DNA from: Minisyncoccota bacterium
GTDB lineage: Bacteria; Patescibacteriota; Minisyncoccia; 2-02-FULL-40-12; GWA2-44-9
DNA length: 64,000 nucleotides
Direction of reading: 5' to 3'
NCBI GenBank assembly: GCA_035620375.1
Contig: DASPGX010000006.1
Location: 6,156-70,155, forward strand
Below the pieces are notes generated by a model, which was not told the origin of the DNA, did not search any database, and worked only from the letters and a program-made list of their open reading frames with translations. This document shows positions 19,234-29,553 of this stretch, one piece after another. The position numbers and the translations under genes were made by a program. Each line of letters starts with the position of its first letter. The stretch's first letter is position 1.

Positions 19234-19630
19234 CGGAGCACTTGTAAGCCGGGTTCTGTGCCCTATGCCTCGCGGCGGTCGGGCGATGACCATTTATCTG
19301 CGATGTGCGTCGCCGCACACCTGTAGCGTACGAACTTTTCGAAGTCGCCGTGGCGACAACGCTGTACTTGCACTCGGGTAAGGATTTAGCCGTTTCACTC
19401 CCGGCCTTTGACCCACGGCCGGGACTGGGCTCCGCTTCTGATGACTCAAAAGCATCGGGTTCGCCCTCCCTCGGCTTTCACCTCGGGACGTCACTGCTCG
19501 CACCTCTCGCCTTACGGCGTGCAGGCGTTACCTGCTACCGTGCTCCCTGCACAGCGTGAAGCTCCGCAGGGGAGTGCCCGGACTTTCCTCCGTCCGCATG
19601 GCGGACAGCGGTCATCCGTGTTCCGAACCC
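19230..19630 (-). ncRNA. rnpB: RNase P RNA (bacterial type A)
   Basis: GAGGAAAGTCCGGGC and ACAGAACCCGGCTTA on the minus strand, paired P1 ends, TGGTATAAT promoter upstream. Confidence 0.95.
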
Positions 19631-19704
19631 GTACATTATACCACATATAGAGAGAAAGTGAAAGTATGCCCTGAGCGCTGATTATGGTACGAAAAGCGCA
19701 TGAA

Positions 19705-19838
19705 ATCCCGACACCTATCGGGCTGATGCCCGGGGCGGCAGGATATTCGTACTGTATTATCTCACGGTGTGTTGGTGTCCTCGTCCCTTGCGAAAGCAGA
19801 GTACGGGCGGCCGCCAGCAGCCCGATAGGTGTAGGGAT
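19705..19838. repeat. 134-nt palindromic element with 21-bp terminal inverted repeats
   Basis: ATCCCGACACCTATCGGGCTG / CAGCCCGATAGGTGTAGGGAT (1 mismatch). Confidence 0.7.
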
Positions 19839-21222
19839 GAAACGCAGGGAACTTGCGTTCAATGTGCTCCGTGTCCCCGTGGATTACGCCGCGCTTGTGC
19901 TGGCGGGACTCGCGACGTACGTCCTCCGGACACAGGTACTGGACGTATGGCGTCCGGTCCTGTTCTCGTTCAATCTTCCGCTGTCGCGGTATGCGCTGCT
20001 GGTGCTCGGGGTATCGGCACTGTTGGTCAGTGTATATGCGGTCTCGGGCCTGTATTCCATGAGGGTCCGCCTGACCACGGTACAGGAAGTCGCGCGGGTG
20101 TTCGTCGCGACCTCCGCGGGCATTCTGGCCGTGATTCTGTTCATTTTCCTGCGTCAGGAACTGTTTGATTCGCGGTTTCTCATCATCGGCTATTGGTTTG
20201 TCGCGTTCGTGTTCGTGGCATCCGGCCGCGTGGCGTTCCGGTACGGATTCCGGTCGTTCCTGTCCCGGCACGGCTGGGGACGTCACCGGGTCATGATTAT
20301 CGGCAATGACGGGGTCACGGACACCGTTGCCCGTACCGTGGCGGACGACCCGGCATGGGCGTACGACGTGGTGAAACGGCTTGCGGACCCGGATATCGAG
20401 GAAGTCCGTGCCGCGGTCGGAAATCCCGGGGTGGACGAGGTTATTCTGGCGAATCCGGATTATCCCGCGGAGCGTATCGTCGCGCTGGTGGACTTCTGCC
20501 ACGAGCGGCATATCGCGTTCTCGTTCGTGCCGAACATCTATCAGACGCTGACGACGCATTACCAGGTGGACGCCATCGGCAAGGTTCCGGTCGTCCAGCT
20601 CATGCGGACATCGCTGGACGGATGGGGCAGGGTATTCAAGCGTGCGATGGATGTCTCCGCGGCCGCTCTCGGACTCGTGCTGCTCTCGCCCGTGCTCGCC
20701 GCCGTCGCATTCGCCATTAAATGGGAGACCGCGGGGCCGGTGTTCGTCGGACTGACGCGGGTGTCGGGAACCCGTGAATTCCGACTCTACAAATTCCGTT
20801 CCATGATTGAGAACGCGGAGATTTTGAAGCCGTTCCTGGCCGCGTTCAACGAACGTTCGGACGGGCCGTTGTTCAAGATGCGGGACGATCCGCGGGTGAC
20901 GCGCACGGGCCGCTTCATCCGCCGGTTCCGTCTGGATGAATTGCCTCAACTGTACAATGTTCTGCGGGGCGATATCTCGCTTGTGGGCCCCCGGCCGCAC
21001 CAACCCGACGAAATCGCGCGCTACCGGCGCCACCATAAGAAACTCCTTGCCATCAAGGCGGGGGCGACGGGCCTCGCGCAGGTGAGTGGCTCAAGCGATT
21101 TGCCGTTCGAGGAGGAGGTGCAGCTGGATACGTTCTATATCGAGAACTGGTCCCTCGGGATGGATGTCCGCATTATCTGTAGAACGGCACTGAAGATGCT
21201 CAGTGACCGGTCGGCAGTATGA
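19837..21222 (+). CDS. polyprenyl glycosylphosphotransferase (WcaJ/WbaP family)
   Basis: TM N-terminus, FKRAMD, KFRSM, DPRVT, LDELPQ, SLVGPRP. Confidence 0.92.
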   Translation: MKRRELAFNVLRVPVDYAALVLAGLATYVLRTQVLDVWRPVLFSFNLPLSRYALLVLGVSALLVSVYAVSGLYSMRVRLTTVQEVARVFVATSAGILAVILFIFLRQELFDSRFLIIGYWFVAFVFVASGRVAFRYGFRSFLSRHGWGRHRVMIIGNDGVTDTVARTVADDPAWAYDVVKRLADPDIEEVRAAVGNPGVDEVILANPDYPAERIVALVDFCHERHIAFSFVPNIYQTLTTHYQVDAIGKVPVVQLMRTSLDGWGRVFKRAMDVSAAALGLVLLSPVLAAVAFAIKWETAGPVFVGLTRVSGTREFRLYKFRSMIENAEILKPFLAAFNERSDGPLFKMRDDPRVTRTGRFIRRFRLDELPQLYNVLRGDISLVGPRPHQPDEIARYRRHHKKLLAIKAGATGLAQVSGSSDLPFEEEVQLDTFYIENWSLGMDVRIICRTALKMLSDRSAV

Positions 21223-22304
21223 AACTCGCGCTTGTCCATGAATATCTGAATCAGTACGGGGGCGCCGAGCGCGTTCTCCAGTTGCTTTGTGCGCGGTGGC
21301 CCGATGCGCCGGTGTACACGATGCTGTATGACCGGCGGGCGACGGGAGGGGTGTTCGACGGCAGGGATGTCCGGACGTCATTCCTTCAGCGTCTTCCGGG
21401 AAGCATCAGGTGGCACCATGCGTATACCGCGCTGATGCCGCTCGCGGTGGAGCAGTTCGATACCGGCGCGTTCGATACCGTGTTGTCGGTTTCCGCGTCG
21501 TTCGCCAAGGGCATCGTCACTAAGCCGCTGTCCCGCCACGTCTCGTACTGTCTGACGCCGCCGCGCTTTCTCTGGGACGACAGTCAGCGGTTCGTCCGGC
21601 GCTTCGCGCTCCCGTCATTTCTCCGCACGGCGTCGCCCCTGCTGTTGTCGTACCTCCGCGTCTGGGATCGCCAGGCGGCGGACCGCGTGGACGAGTTCGT
21701 CGCTATCTCGCGGTGCGTCGCCGACCGCATCGCCAAATACTACGGCCGGCAGGCATCGGTGGTGTATCCGCCCGTGGACGTGAACCGCTTTGTGCCCCGG
21801 GAGATTCCCGGCGTGGAGCCGTACTTCCTGATGGTCGGCCGGCTGGTCGCGTACAAACGTTTTGACATCGCCATCAGGGCCGCGAACCGCATGCGGTTCA
21901 ATCTGCTCATCGTCGGCGCCGGGGTTCAGGAACGAAAACTGCGGAAGCTTGCGGGACCGACCGTGACGTTTCTCGGGCAGGTGGACGACGAAGCGCTCGC
22001 CGCGCTGTACGCGGGGTGCCGCGCGGTCATCTTTCCCCAGGAGGAGGACTTCGGCATCGTTCCGCTTGAAGCGATGGCGGCGGGCCGGCCCGTCATTGCC
22101 TTCGGCGGCGGGGGCGCCCTGGAGACGGTGGTGGACGGCACGACGGGCCTCTTTTTTCCCGAGCAGTCCGAAGATTCGCTCATGCAGGCGGTGGAATCTT
22201 TCCGCGGCCGTTCCTGGAGCGTGTCGGCGTGCCGCGCCCGCGCGGAATCATTCGGTACGGAGCGGTTCGTGCGCGAGATGGAGAACGCGCTTAATCCGTC
22301 ATGA
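21219..22304 (+). CDS. GT4 glycosyltransferase
   Basis: GGAERVL, GRLVAYKR, EDFGIVPLEAMAAG. Confidence 0.92.
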   Translation: MKLALVHEYLNQYGGAERVLQLLCARWPDAPVYTMLYDRRATGGVFDGRDVRTSFLQRLPGSIRWHHAYTALMPLAVEQFDTGAFDTVLSVSASFAKGIVTKPLSRHVSYCLTPPRFLWDDSQRFVRRFALPSFLRTASPLLLSYLRVWDRQAADRVDEFVAISRCVADRIAKYYGRQASVVYPPVDVNRFVPREIPGVEPYFLMVGRLVAYKRFDIAIRAANRMRFNLLIVGAGVQERKLRKLAGPTVTFLGQVDDEALAALYAGCRAVIFPQEEDFGIVPLEAMAAGRPVIAFGGGGALETVVDGTTGLFFPEQSEDSLMQAVESFRGRSWSVSACRARAESFGTERFVREMENALNPS

Positions 22305-23464
22305 CCACCATAGCGGTAGACGTCCGGGCACTGGGAGGGGGCAGAGAGAGCGGGGTACAGGAATATACGCGGCAGGTGGTGACCCATATGCTCGCGCTCG
22401 CCCCGGACATCAGGTTCATCCTGTTTAACGCCGGCCGCCGGCAGACACCCGTTCCGTGGAACGGGCCGAACGTGACGGTTTTCCGGTATCCGCGTTCCAA
22501 CCGCATGCTGGCGATGACGATGCGCGCGGCCGGCCGGCCGTCGCTGGATCGGCTCGTCGGCGGCGCCGATGCGTTCTTCTTTCCGCATATCCTGTACGGA
22601 ACAGTGTCGCGGTCATGCCGGAAGGTCATCACGTTCCACGATCTCTCATTTGAGCGCTTCCCGGAATTCTTCACGCTGCGCCAACGCATCTGGCACCGGG
22701 CACAGATGGCGCCGCGCCGGCAGGCGGAATCCGCCGACCGACTTATCGCGGTCTCCGCTTCCACGGCCAGGGACCTGACGGGAATGTACGGCATTCCCGA
22801 AGAACGTATCTCCGTCATCCGTTCCGGCGTGGATGCCGGCCTGCGCCGGGAACCGGAAGCGCGCGTCAGGGCATTCCGCCGCTATCAGGCGCTGCCCGGG
22901 CGCTTTGTGCTCGGGTTGTGCACGCGGGAGCCGCGCAAAAACCTTGCCGGGCTCATCGCGGCCTTTGAGGCACTGGTATCCGCGCCGGGATATGCGGACA
23001 TGGCGTTGGTGCTGGTGGGTCCGGGCGGCTGGCGGGAAGGGGAAATCCGAGCCGCGCTCGCACGGTCGCCGGTGGCGTCGCGCATCCGGCTTGCGGGGCA
23101 GGTGTCTCCCGCCGAACGGGCACTATGGTATTCGGCGGCATCGTTGTTCGTCTATCCGTCGTTTTTTGAGGGGTTCGGTTTTCCTCCTCTGGAGGCGATG
23201 GCGTGCGGCACGCCGGTCATCGCCTCATACGGCTCTTCGCTTCCGGAGGTTGTCGGCGATGCGGGTGTGCTTGTGGACCCGCACGATGTGCGGGAAATGG
23301 CGGCGGCGATGCATTCAATTCTGTCCGAGCCCGGTTTGGCGTCCGTGCTGTCGGACAGGGGCGCCAAGCGCGCCGCGAAATTCACCTGGACCTCTGCGGC
23401 GGAGCGTACGCTTTCGGTTCTGACTGCAGCCCATTCTCCACACGGGGACGCGCCCGGAGCCTGA
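22301..23464 (+). CDS. GT4 glycosyltransferase
   Basis: HDL, EPRKN, EGFGFPPLEAMACG. Confidence 0.92.
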   Translation: MTTIAVDVRALGGGRESGVQEYTRQVVTHMLALAPDIRFILFNAGRRQTPVPWNGPNVTVFRYPRSNRMLAMTMRAAGRPSLDRLVGGADAFFFPHILYGTVSRSCRKVITFHDLSFERFPEFFTLRQRIWHRAQMAPRRQAESADRLIAVSASTARDLTGMYGIPEERISVIRSGVDAGLRREPEARVRAFRRYQALPGRFVLGLCTREPRKNLAGLIAAFEALVSAPGYADMALVLVGPGGWREGEIRAALARSPVASRIRLAGQVSPAERALWYSAASLFVYPSFFEGFGFPPLEAMACGTPVIASYGSSLPEVVGDAGVLVDPHDVREMAAAMHSILSEPGLASVLSDRGAKRAAKFTWTSAAERTLSVLTAAHSPHGDAPGA

Positions 23465-23476
23465 TATCATACGGGT

Positions 23477-25600
23477 ATGCCCCGTAGTCCGGAAACCTCT
23501 TCAGGGGCGTTTGACGGCGTCAGGACGACTGACGGGATTTCGGTCGTGCGGGAGCGCAATTCCGGACCCGCGCGGGTTCCTGACGACGCACTCGTTCATG
23601 AGCTTCTTGCCGCGATCCGGGACGACGTTCCCGCTTCAGGTGCGGAGCCGGTTACCGCGCCCGGGAAAACGGGACAGCCCGTCGGTACCGGCGGTACGCG
23701 TCCGAAACGTCCCGGATGGCTTTCGGTGACCCCCTGGTTTATCGGAGCTGCGTGTGTCGTCGCCGGACTGCTTATCGTGAGCAATCAGGGCATCAAAGTC
23801 CGGGACCGCGTCGTTCAGGGCGGCAGAGCAGCCATCGCGCATCTGTTCCGGGCCCGTGAATCGGTGGAATCGTTCCGGTTTGACGAGGCATCGGACGGCT
23901 TCGCGCTCGCGTATGCGCAATTTTCAACCGCGCGCGACGACCTCGCGGTATTCGACTCATGGCTGGGGACCGTGCTGTCGCGACTTCCCGGAGGGGGAAG
24001 TATCGCGTCGGCACGGAACCTCATTGAGGCGGGGACGCTTCTTTCGCGCGCCGGCGGACGGTTAAGCGACCTGGTGGCGGCGTTGAGCGAATCCGGGTCC
24101 ATCCTGGATCCGGCGAATGACGGAAGAGCGTCGTTCGCGATGGTGCTCCTGCCCATGCAGGAAGCGCTGACCGGCGCCGCAGAAGACCTTGCGCGTGCCC
24201 GTCAGCTCCTTGCCGGTGTGGACCCCTCCCATGTGCCCGAGGAATACCGTGAAGAGCTCGCGTCGTTCGGCGCGCGGATTCCCGAAATGGAGGCGCTGGT
24301 GCACCGGGGTGCGGGCTATGTCCGTTTTCTGGAAGACGTCATCGCGGGAAGCGGCGAGAAGACGTATCTCATTCTCTTCCAGAACGCCAGTGAGCTGCGC
24401 CCGACCGGAGGGTTTCCGGGCAGTTATGGCGTCGCGGTGTTCCGCGACGGACGTCTGATGTCCTTTGAAGCCGACGACGTCTACAATCCCGACGGACAAA
24501 TCGATGAACTCATCGTCCCTCCGCTGGCGTTGCAGCGTATCACGCCTGATTGGGGTCTCCGCGATTCCACATGGTTTGCCGATTTCCCCTTGTCCGCCGC
24601 CAAGGCGGTACGGATGTACGAGCTCGGGTCGGGCAGGCGCGTGGACGGCGTTTTGGCGGTGACGCCTGAAATCGTCCGCGGACTCCTGGAGATTTCCGGT
24701 CCGGTGTCCATGCCGCAATACGACCTGGTGCTGGATGCGGACAATTTCCTGCCTGAACTGCAGGCGGAAGTGGAGTACGGCATCAACAAGCAGGTGAACA
24801 AGCCGAAGAAAATAGTAATGGAGCTGACGCCCATCGTACTCCGCAAGTTGTACCAGGCGCCCCGTGCGGAGTGGCTGAAAGTTCTTTCGGTATTTTCCCG
24901 CGGATTGCAGGAGCGGGATATCATGATGTATTCGGCGGACCCGAAGATTCAGGAATTCATCGCCGGCGAGGGTTTTGACGGAAGCGTGCACCGCGGTCCG
25001 GAGGATTTCCTCATGGTCGTCATGGCGAACGTCGCCGGCGCCAAAGCCGACTATGTCACGGATACGACCCTGGGCCTGGAGACGACGCTGTCGGGCGACG
25101 GCGTCGCACATTCGCTGGTCATTACCCGGTCGCATGAGGGCGGCGATAGTCCGTACGGGTTCTATAACCAGCCGAACCGGAGCTACATCCGCGTGCTGGT
25201 TCCCGAGGGGAGCATGTTGACCGGCATATCGGGAAACACAGTCCGCGGTTTCCGTGCGCTGACGTCGTATGCGGGAGCTGTGCGGGACCCGGATTTAGAT
25301 GCCATGGAGGGAACGGCGGTCACCGATGCGGGGAGCGACGTGACGACCTACCGCGAATCCGGGAGGACGGCGTTCGGTTTCTGGCTTGATGTCCGGCCGG
25401 GCGGGCGGGAACAGGTGACCCTTTCATGGACCGTACCCTCCCGGTATGCGGCGTCCGACTATGCCCTGTACGTGCAAAAACAGCCGGGCCTGAATGTTTC
25501 GGAGTTCTCGTGGGACGTCCGCGGTCCTGCGGACATGCGGCAGGATTCACCCCCGTACCGTCCGTGGAAGACGGACGCGGTGCTGCGGGCGGTCCGGTAA
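23477..25600 (+). CDS. DUF4012 domain membrane-anchored protein
   Basis: single TM; YLILFQN.SELRPTGGFPGSY, LRDSTWFADFP; next to glycosyltransferases. Confidence 0.85.
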   Translation: MPRSPETSSGAFDGVRTTDGISVVRERNSGPARVPDDALVHELLAAIRDDVPASGAEPVTAPGKTGQPVGTGGTRPKRPGWLSVTPWFIGAACVVAGLLIVSNQGIKVRDRVVQGGRAAIAHLFRARESVESFRFDEASDGFALAYAQFSTARDDLAVFDSWLGTVLSRLPGGGSIASARNLIEAGTLLSRAGGRLSDLVAALSESGSILDPANDGRASFAMVLLPMQEALTGAAEDLARARQLLAGVDPSHVPEEYREELASFGARIPEMEALVHRGAGYVRFLEDVIAGSGEKTYLILFQNASELRPTGGFPGSYGVAVFRDGRLMSFEADDVYNPDGQIDELIVPPLALQRITPDWGLRDSTWFADFPLSAAKAVRMYELGSGRRVDGVLAVTPEIVRGLLEISGPVSMPQYDLVLDADNFLPELQAEVEYGINKQVNKPKKIVMELTPIVLRKLYQAPRAEWLKVLSVFSRGLQERDIMMYSADPKIQEFIAGEGFDGSVHRGPEDFLMVVMANVAGAKADYVTDTTLGLETTLSGDGVAHSLVITRSHEGGDSPYGFYNQPNRSYIRVLVPEGSMLTGISGNTVRGFRALTSYAGAVRDPDLDAMEGTAVTDAGSDVTTYRESGRTAFGFWLDVRPGGREQVTLSWTVPSRYAASDYALYVQKQPGLNVSEFSWDVRGPADMRQDSPPYRPWKTDAVLRAVR

Positions 25601-25670
25601 AAAAAACGGCGACCCCTGCGCGTGCCTGCCGGGGGCAGGATACTGCAGGGGTCAGATGGCCGGCCGGCGG

Positions 25671-26084
25671 TCAGGCCGTCGCGGCTGTGCGCATGCGCCA
25701 GTCGTCTTCCAGCTTCTTGTTGAAACGGTTCCAGTCGTTCTCGCTCACGAACAGTGCGCGTCGCTCCGAACGGGACTCCATCCACTGGTAGAACCGGGCC
25801 ACCGTGTTCACGGTCCGCGGCACGACCAGACGGAGGCGGCATTTCTCACACAGCAGACAGACCGACTCCGGGCTCAGGTCGCGTTTCGTGAAATACCCGC
25901 CGCAATCCTGATACCCCTTGCCGTGCTGCACGTTGACGCTCCGGAACGGATTGGCGCCGAGGAACTCCCCGCGTCCGCCCACGAGCGGCAGTGCGTCTTC
26001 GAAGAGCCACAGCACCAGCGTTCCTTCGCCTCCAAGCATCAGGAATTGTGCGAGGTGCACGGGCGTCCTTTGCTTCTCGCTCAT
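25671..26084 (-). CDS. hypothetical protein with possible zinc ribbon
   Basis: AAGGGAGG SD, H..C and CEKC; TG-TATAAT promoter upstream. Confidence 0.6.
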   Translation of the reverse strand: MSEKQRTPVHLAQFLMLGGEGTLVLWLFEDALPLVGGRGEFLGANPFRSVNVQHGKGYQDCGGYFTKRDLSPESVCLLCEKCRLRLVVPRTVNTVARFYQWMESRSERRALFVSENDWNRFNKKLEDDWRMRTAATA

Positions 26085-26183
26085 GGCAAATCCTCCCTTT
26101 GCCGATGTGACGATACGAATATTATAGCACACTAATTGCGCTATATCAAACTTCTGGTATAGTGTATGCTTTGCGCACGTCCC

Positions 26184-27977
26184 ATGAGCAATATCCGCAA
26201 CTTCTGCATCATCGCCCACATTGACCACGGCAAATCCACGCTGGCGGACCGTTTTTTGGAATTGACCGAAACGGTCGCCAAGCGGCAGATGAAGGAGCAA
26301 TACCTGGACCAGATGGAGCTGGAGCGCGAGCGCGGCATCACCATCAAGCTTCAGCCCGTCCGGATGAAGTACGTCGCGGACGGCACAACGTACGAACTGA
26401 ATCTCATTGATACGCCGGGCCACGTGGACTTTTCCTATGAGGTTTCCCGTTCCCTCGCCGCCGTTGAGGGCGCGATTCTTCTCGTGGACGCGACGAAGGG
26501 CATCCAGGCACAGACGCTGGCGAACCTGAACCTGGCACGGCGCCAGGAGCTGGTCATCATACCGGCGGTCAACAAAGTGGACATGCCGACGGCGCGCACG
26601 GCGCAGGTCAAGGAAGAGCTCGCGTATCTGCTTGAGGTTGAGCCGGGGGATATCATGGAGGTTTCCGGCAAGACGGGGAAAAACGTGCGGGAACTGCTGG
26701 ATTCGGTGGTCCGGCGCGTGCCCTCCCCGCAGGCGTCGCACGGCGACGGCATCCCGCGGGCGGTTATTTTTGACTCCACGTTTGATGCGTACAAGGGAGT
26801 TATCGCGTTCGTCCGCGTCACCTCGGGCGTGCTCCGTAAAGGGGAGCGTCTGCTCGCCTGGGCGACGGGTGCCCGTCCTGACGCGCTGGAGGTCGGTTCG
26901 TTCGCACCCCGCCTGACGCCGGGCACGGAACTCCGCGAGGGACAAATCGGCTACGTGGCGACCGGACTGAAGGACCCGGGGCAAATCCGCGTCGGCGATA
27001 CGCTCACCCGTGCGGATGTCGACCGGACAAGATTCACGCCCCTGCCGGGATACCGGGAGATGCGGCCCATGGTGTTCGCGAGCCTGTTCCCCGAGAACGC
27101 CGAACAGTACGATGAGCTCAAGGACGCGCTCGGCAAGCTGAAGCTTACCGATGCGGCATTGCAGTACGAACCGGAGTCGTCCGCGGGCCTGGGCAGGGGA
27201 TTCCGGCTCGGATTCCTCGGGATGCTCCACGTGGAAATCGTCACGGAGCGTTTGTCGCGCGAATTCGGTCTCAAGCTCATCGTGACGACGCCGTCGGTTG
27301 AATATCTCGTGAAGCTCAAGGACGGTTCCACGGAGTCCGTGCGTTCCGCGGCATTGCTGCCTGACCCGTCGCGCATTGCGGAGATTGCCGAGCCCGTCAC
27401 GGAACTGGAAGTTATCTGTCCCTCGGAATACGTCGGACCGGTCATGGAACTCATTTCCGGCATCCGGAACACCTACATCGCCACCGATTATCTGGGTACG
27501 GAGACCGCGGTGCTCAAGTACCGGGTGCCGTTGGCGGAAATCGTCACGGATTTTTATGACCGGCTCAAGTCAGTGTCCCAGGGATACGCGTCCATGGGAT
27601 ACGAACCGTCGGGACACGAGCCGTACGACCTTGTCCGGCTGGATATTCTGGTCGCCGGCGAGCCGGTTGAGGCATTCGCGCGCATCGTTCCGCGGGAACA
27701 GGCCCAGCGTATCGGGCGGCTCATGGTGGAGAAGCTCAAGGAGACCCTGCCGCAACAGTGGTTCCAGGTGACCTTGCAGGCCGCCGTCGGCGGCAAGGTG
27801 CTGGCGCGCGAGGACATCCGTGCGCTACGCAAGGACGTTACCGGATACCTGTACGGCGGTGACGTGACGCGGAAGATGAAATTGCTCAAGAAACAGAAAG
27901 AAGGCAAGGCGAAGATGAAAGAGCAGGGAAAGGTACAGATTCCGCACGACGTGTTTCTGAAGATGCTGAAGAAGTAG
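26184..27977 (+). CDS. lepA: elongation factor 4
   Basis: [43 protein letters not shown]. Confidence 0.97.
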   Translation: MSNIRNFCIIAHIDHGKSTLADRFLELTETVAKRQMKEQYLDQMELERERGITIKLQPVRMKYVADGTTYELNLIDTPGHVDFSYEVSRSLAAVEGAILLVDATKGIQAQTLANLNLARRQELVIIPAVNKVDMPTARTAQVKEELAYLLEVEPGDIMEVSGKTGKNVRELLDSVVRRVPSPQASHGDGIPRAVIFDSTFDAYKGVIAFVRVTSGVLRKGERLLAWATGARPDALEVGSFAPRLTPGTELREGQIGYVATGLKDPGQIRVGDTLTRADVDRTRFTPLPGYREMRPMVFASLFPENAEQYDELKDALGKLKLTDAALQYEPESSAGLGRGFRLGFLGMLHVEIVTERLSREFGLKLIVTTPSVEYLVKLKDGSTESVRSAALLPDPSRIAEIAEPVTELEVICPSEYVGPVMELISGIRNTYIATDYLGTETAVLKYRVPLAEIVTDFYDRLKSVSQGYASMGYEPSGHEPYDLVRLDILVAGEPVEAFARIVPREQAQRIGRLMVEKLKETLPQQWFQVTLQAAVGGKVLAREDIRALRKDVTGYLYGGDVTRKMKLLKKQKEGKAKMKEQGKVQIPHDVFLKMLKK

Positions 27978-28003
27978 GGGTTGAATCCGTCCGGACAGGC
28001 ATG

Positions 28004-28046
28004 CAGATAACACAAAGGGACGCGATGCGTCCCTTTGTGTTATCTG
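28004..28046. terminator. bidirectional hairpin between lepA and the tRNAs
   Basis: perfect 20-bp stem with a GAT loop. Confidence 0.75.
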
Positions 28047-28119
28047 AGCCACCTCCCGGATTCGAACCGGGGACCTTCACTTTACGAAAGTGCTGCTCTA
28101 CCAGCTGAGCTAAGGTGGC
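28047..28119 (-). tRNA. tRNA-Thr(CGT)
   Basis: GCCACCTTAGCTCAGCTGGTAGAGCAGCACTTTCGTAAAGTGAAGGTCCCCGGTTCGAATCCGGGAGGTGGCT. Confidence 0.93.
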
Positions 28120-28128
28120 CTACCGCAG

Positions 28129-28199
28129 AGCGGGATACGGGAATCGAACCCGTCTCTGTTGCTTGGGAAGCAACCGTACTACCACTGTACTAATCCCGC
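28129..28199 (-). tRNA. tRNA-Gly(CCC)
   Basis: GCGGGATTAGTACAGTGGTAGTACGGTTGCTTCCCAAGCAACAGAGACGGGTTCGATTCCCGTATCCCGCT. Confidence 0.93.
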
Positions 28200-28576
28200 G
28201 AATCACCGCCGAACCAATTTTTCAGGCGCTCCCAGAACGTCGGTTCCGCAGGCACGGAAGGACTCGCGACGGGTGATATTGTACCAGAATTTTCCTTTTT
28301 GTACACCACCATGACCTTCTCGTCCGGCTGCCGGTAATTCAGCCGCAGGCGGGCCTGGTATTCAAGCCAGGCCGGGTCATCCGTCCGTTCCAGGTGCATC
28401 CGCAGACGGGAGATATCCCGCTCGTATTCCTCCGTCCGTTCGCTGATTCGGGCGAATTCCTGCCCCGTTCCGTGCACGGACACGAGAATACGGGCACCCC
28501 GGTACGCAAGCCAGCCCGCAAGGACGACCAAAAGGACGGTCAGCCAGCGCGATGCGAGTGTGGTCCTGAATGTCAT
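28190..28576 (-). CDS. septum formation initiator (FtsB/DivIC-like)
   Basis: TM, coiled coil, LEYQARLRLNYRQPDE motif. Confidence 0.75.
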   Translation of the reverse strand: MTFRTTLASRWLTVLLVVLAGWLAYRGARILVSVHGTGQEFARISERTEEYERDISRLRMHLERTDDPAWLEYQARLRLNYRQPDEKVMVVYKKENSGTISPVASPSVPAEPTFWERLKNWFGGDSRD

Positions 28577-28626
28577 TGGTTTCAGCGCTTGTTCATTCGC
28601 TCCGCGGAGGATAGGATGGAGATATC

Positions 28627-28728
28627 ATGATGCTGGACCGCAAGACTCTGCGCATTGTTTCGGCGTTCGTCGCCGTCGTCACCATCCTCGGGATGGTGCT
28701 GTTCCTCCTGATTCCGCTCCTGTACTGA
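28627..28728 (+). CDS. 33-aa single-helix membrane peptide
   Basis: MMLDRKTLRIVSAFVAVVTILGMVLFLLIPLLY*, purine-rich upstream; below the ORF track cutoff. Confidence 0.55.
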   Translation: MMLDRKTLRIVSAFVAVVTILGMVLFLLIPLLY

Positions 28729-28851
28729 CCAGTATAGCCCAATTGTACGCAACGGGAACGCATGCGCGGGCCGCGTTCCTGTAACTTGCGAAAATATAGA
28801 ATCTATTGTATAATATGACCCGCTGTACTTTTCCGGCCCGAGGAGGTCAGT

Positions 28852-29499
28852 GTGAAGCTTTTCGTCCCTACGTTCGTATTCGTTCTGGCGGCCGCCGGCG
28901 CCGGTGCGCAAACCGGAGAGGAGTCCGGTTCCGGGACATGTCCGCCGGGATTCGACTGCACCGGCGTGGTGGTCCGGAGCGCAACGCCCATCCGTGACAG
29001 CATACCCGGGGCGGTTTCCCGTGCGGCCCGGGACCTTCCGACCGTCCGGGTGCGCCGTGAGCACCTGGAGCTGTGCCCGGCCGGGTTCGTCCGGTGCGTG
29101 GAGCGTGAATCGTTCTGGAGCCCGACCAACCTGCTTCTGACGTCGTTCCAGTGGGGCGGGGCGTTCTACGACAGCAAGACGACGATGAACGCCGACGCCC
29201 TCAACGGATCGTACGAGGTGACCCGCGACGGACGGCCGGTGCGGCTGGTCGTTACCGTCAGAGAGGAAGCCGGTCCCGAGCAATGGTTCATCGACCGGGG
29301 TCCGGTGGCCCTGGGCGGGTACAAGGCGCTGTACAACGTGCCCTTTGCGGTCGCTTCCCACAAGCTCCGGCAGAGCAACAGCTCGTTCGGCCGTGTTGTC
29401 GGCTATGCCGTGCCAATCGTACTGGGCGCGCTACAGTGGAAGGCTGGGTTGGACAACAAAAAGGAAATCGACCGCATCAACGGCCTCATCGCCCCCTGA
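28852..29499 (+). CDS. secreted/membrane hypothetical protein
   Basis: AGGAGG SD, signal peptide, own TTGCGA..TATAAT promoter. Confidence 0.65.
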   Translation: MKLFVPTFVFVLAAAGAGAQTGEESGSGTCPPGFDCTGVVVRSATPIRDSIPGAVSRAARDLPTVRVRREHLELCPAGFVRCVERESFWSPTNLLLTSFQWGGAFYDSKTTMNADALNGSYEVTRDGRPVRLVVTVREEAGPEQWFIDRGPVALGGYKALYNVPFAVASHKLRQSNSSFGRVVGYAVPIVLGALQWKAGLDNKKEIDRINGLIAP

Positions 29500-29553
29500 A
29501 GCCCGACGGGTTCCCGCTGTACAGTGGGGGCCCGTTTTTGTTACGATTTTCCC

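Noticed and set aside
26159-26170. ATAGTGTA half-site upstream of lepA
   Set aside because: There is no second arm at the NrtR spacing; probably part of the lepA -10 region.
28190-28199. Overlap of the FtsB-like stop codon with the tRNA-Gly 5' end
   Set aside because: A 10-nt overlap fits genome compaction and does not argue against either feature.
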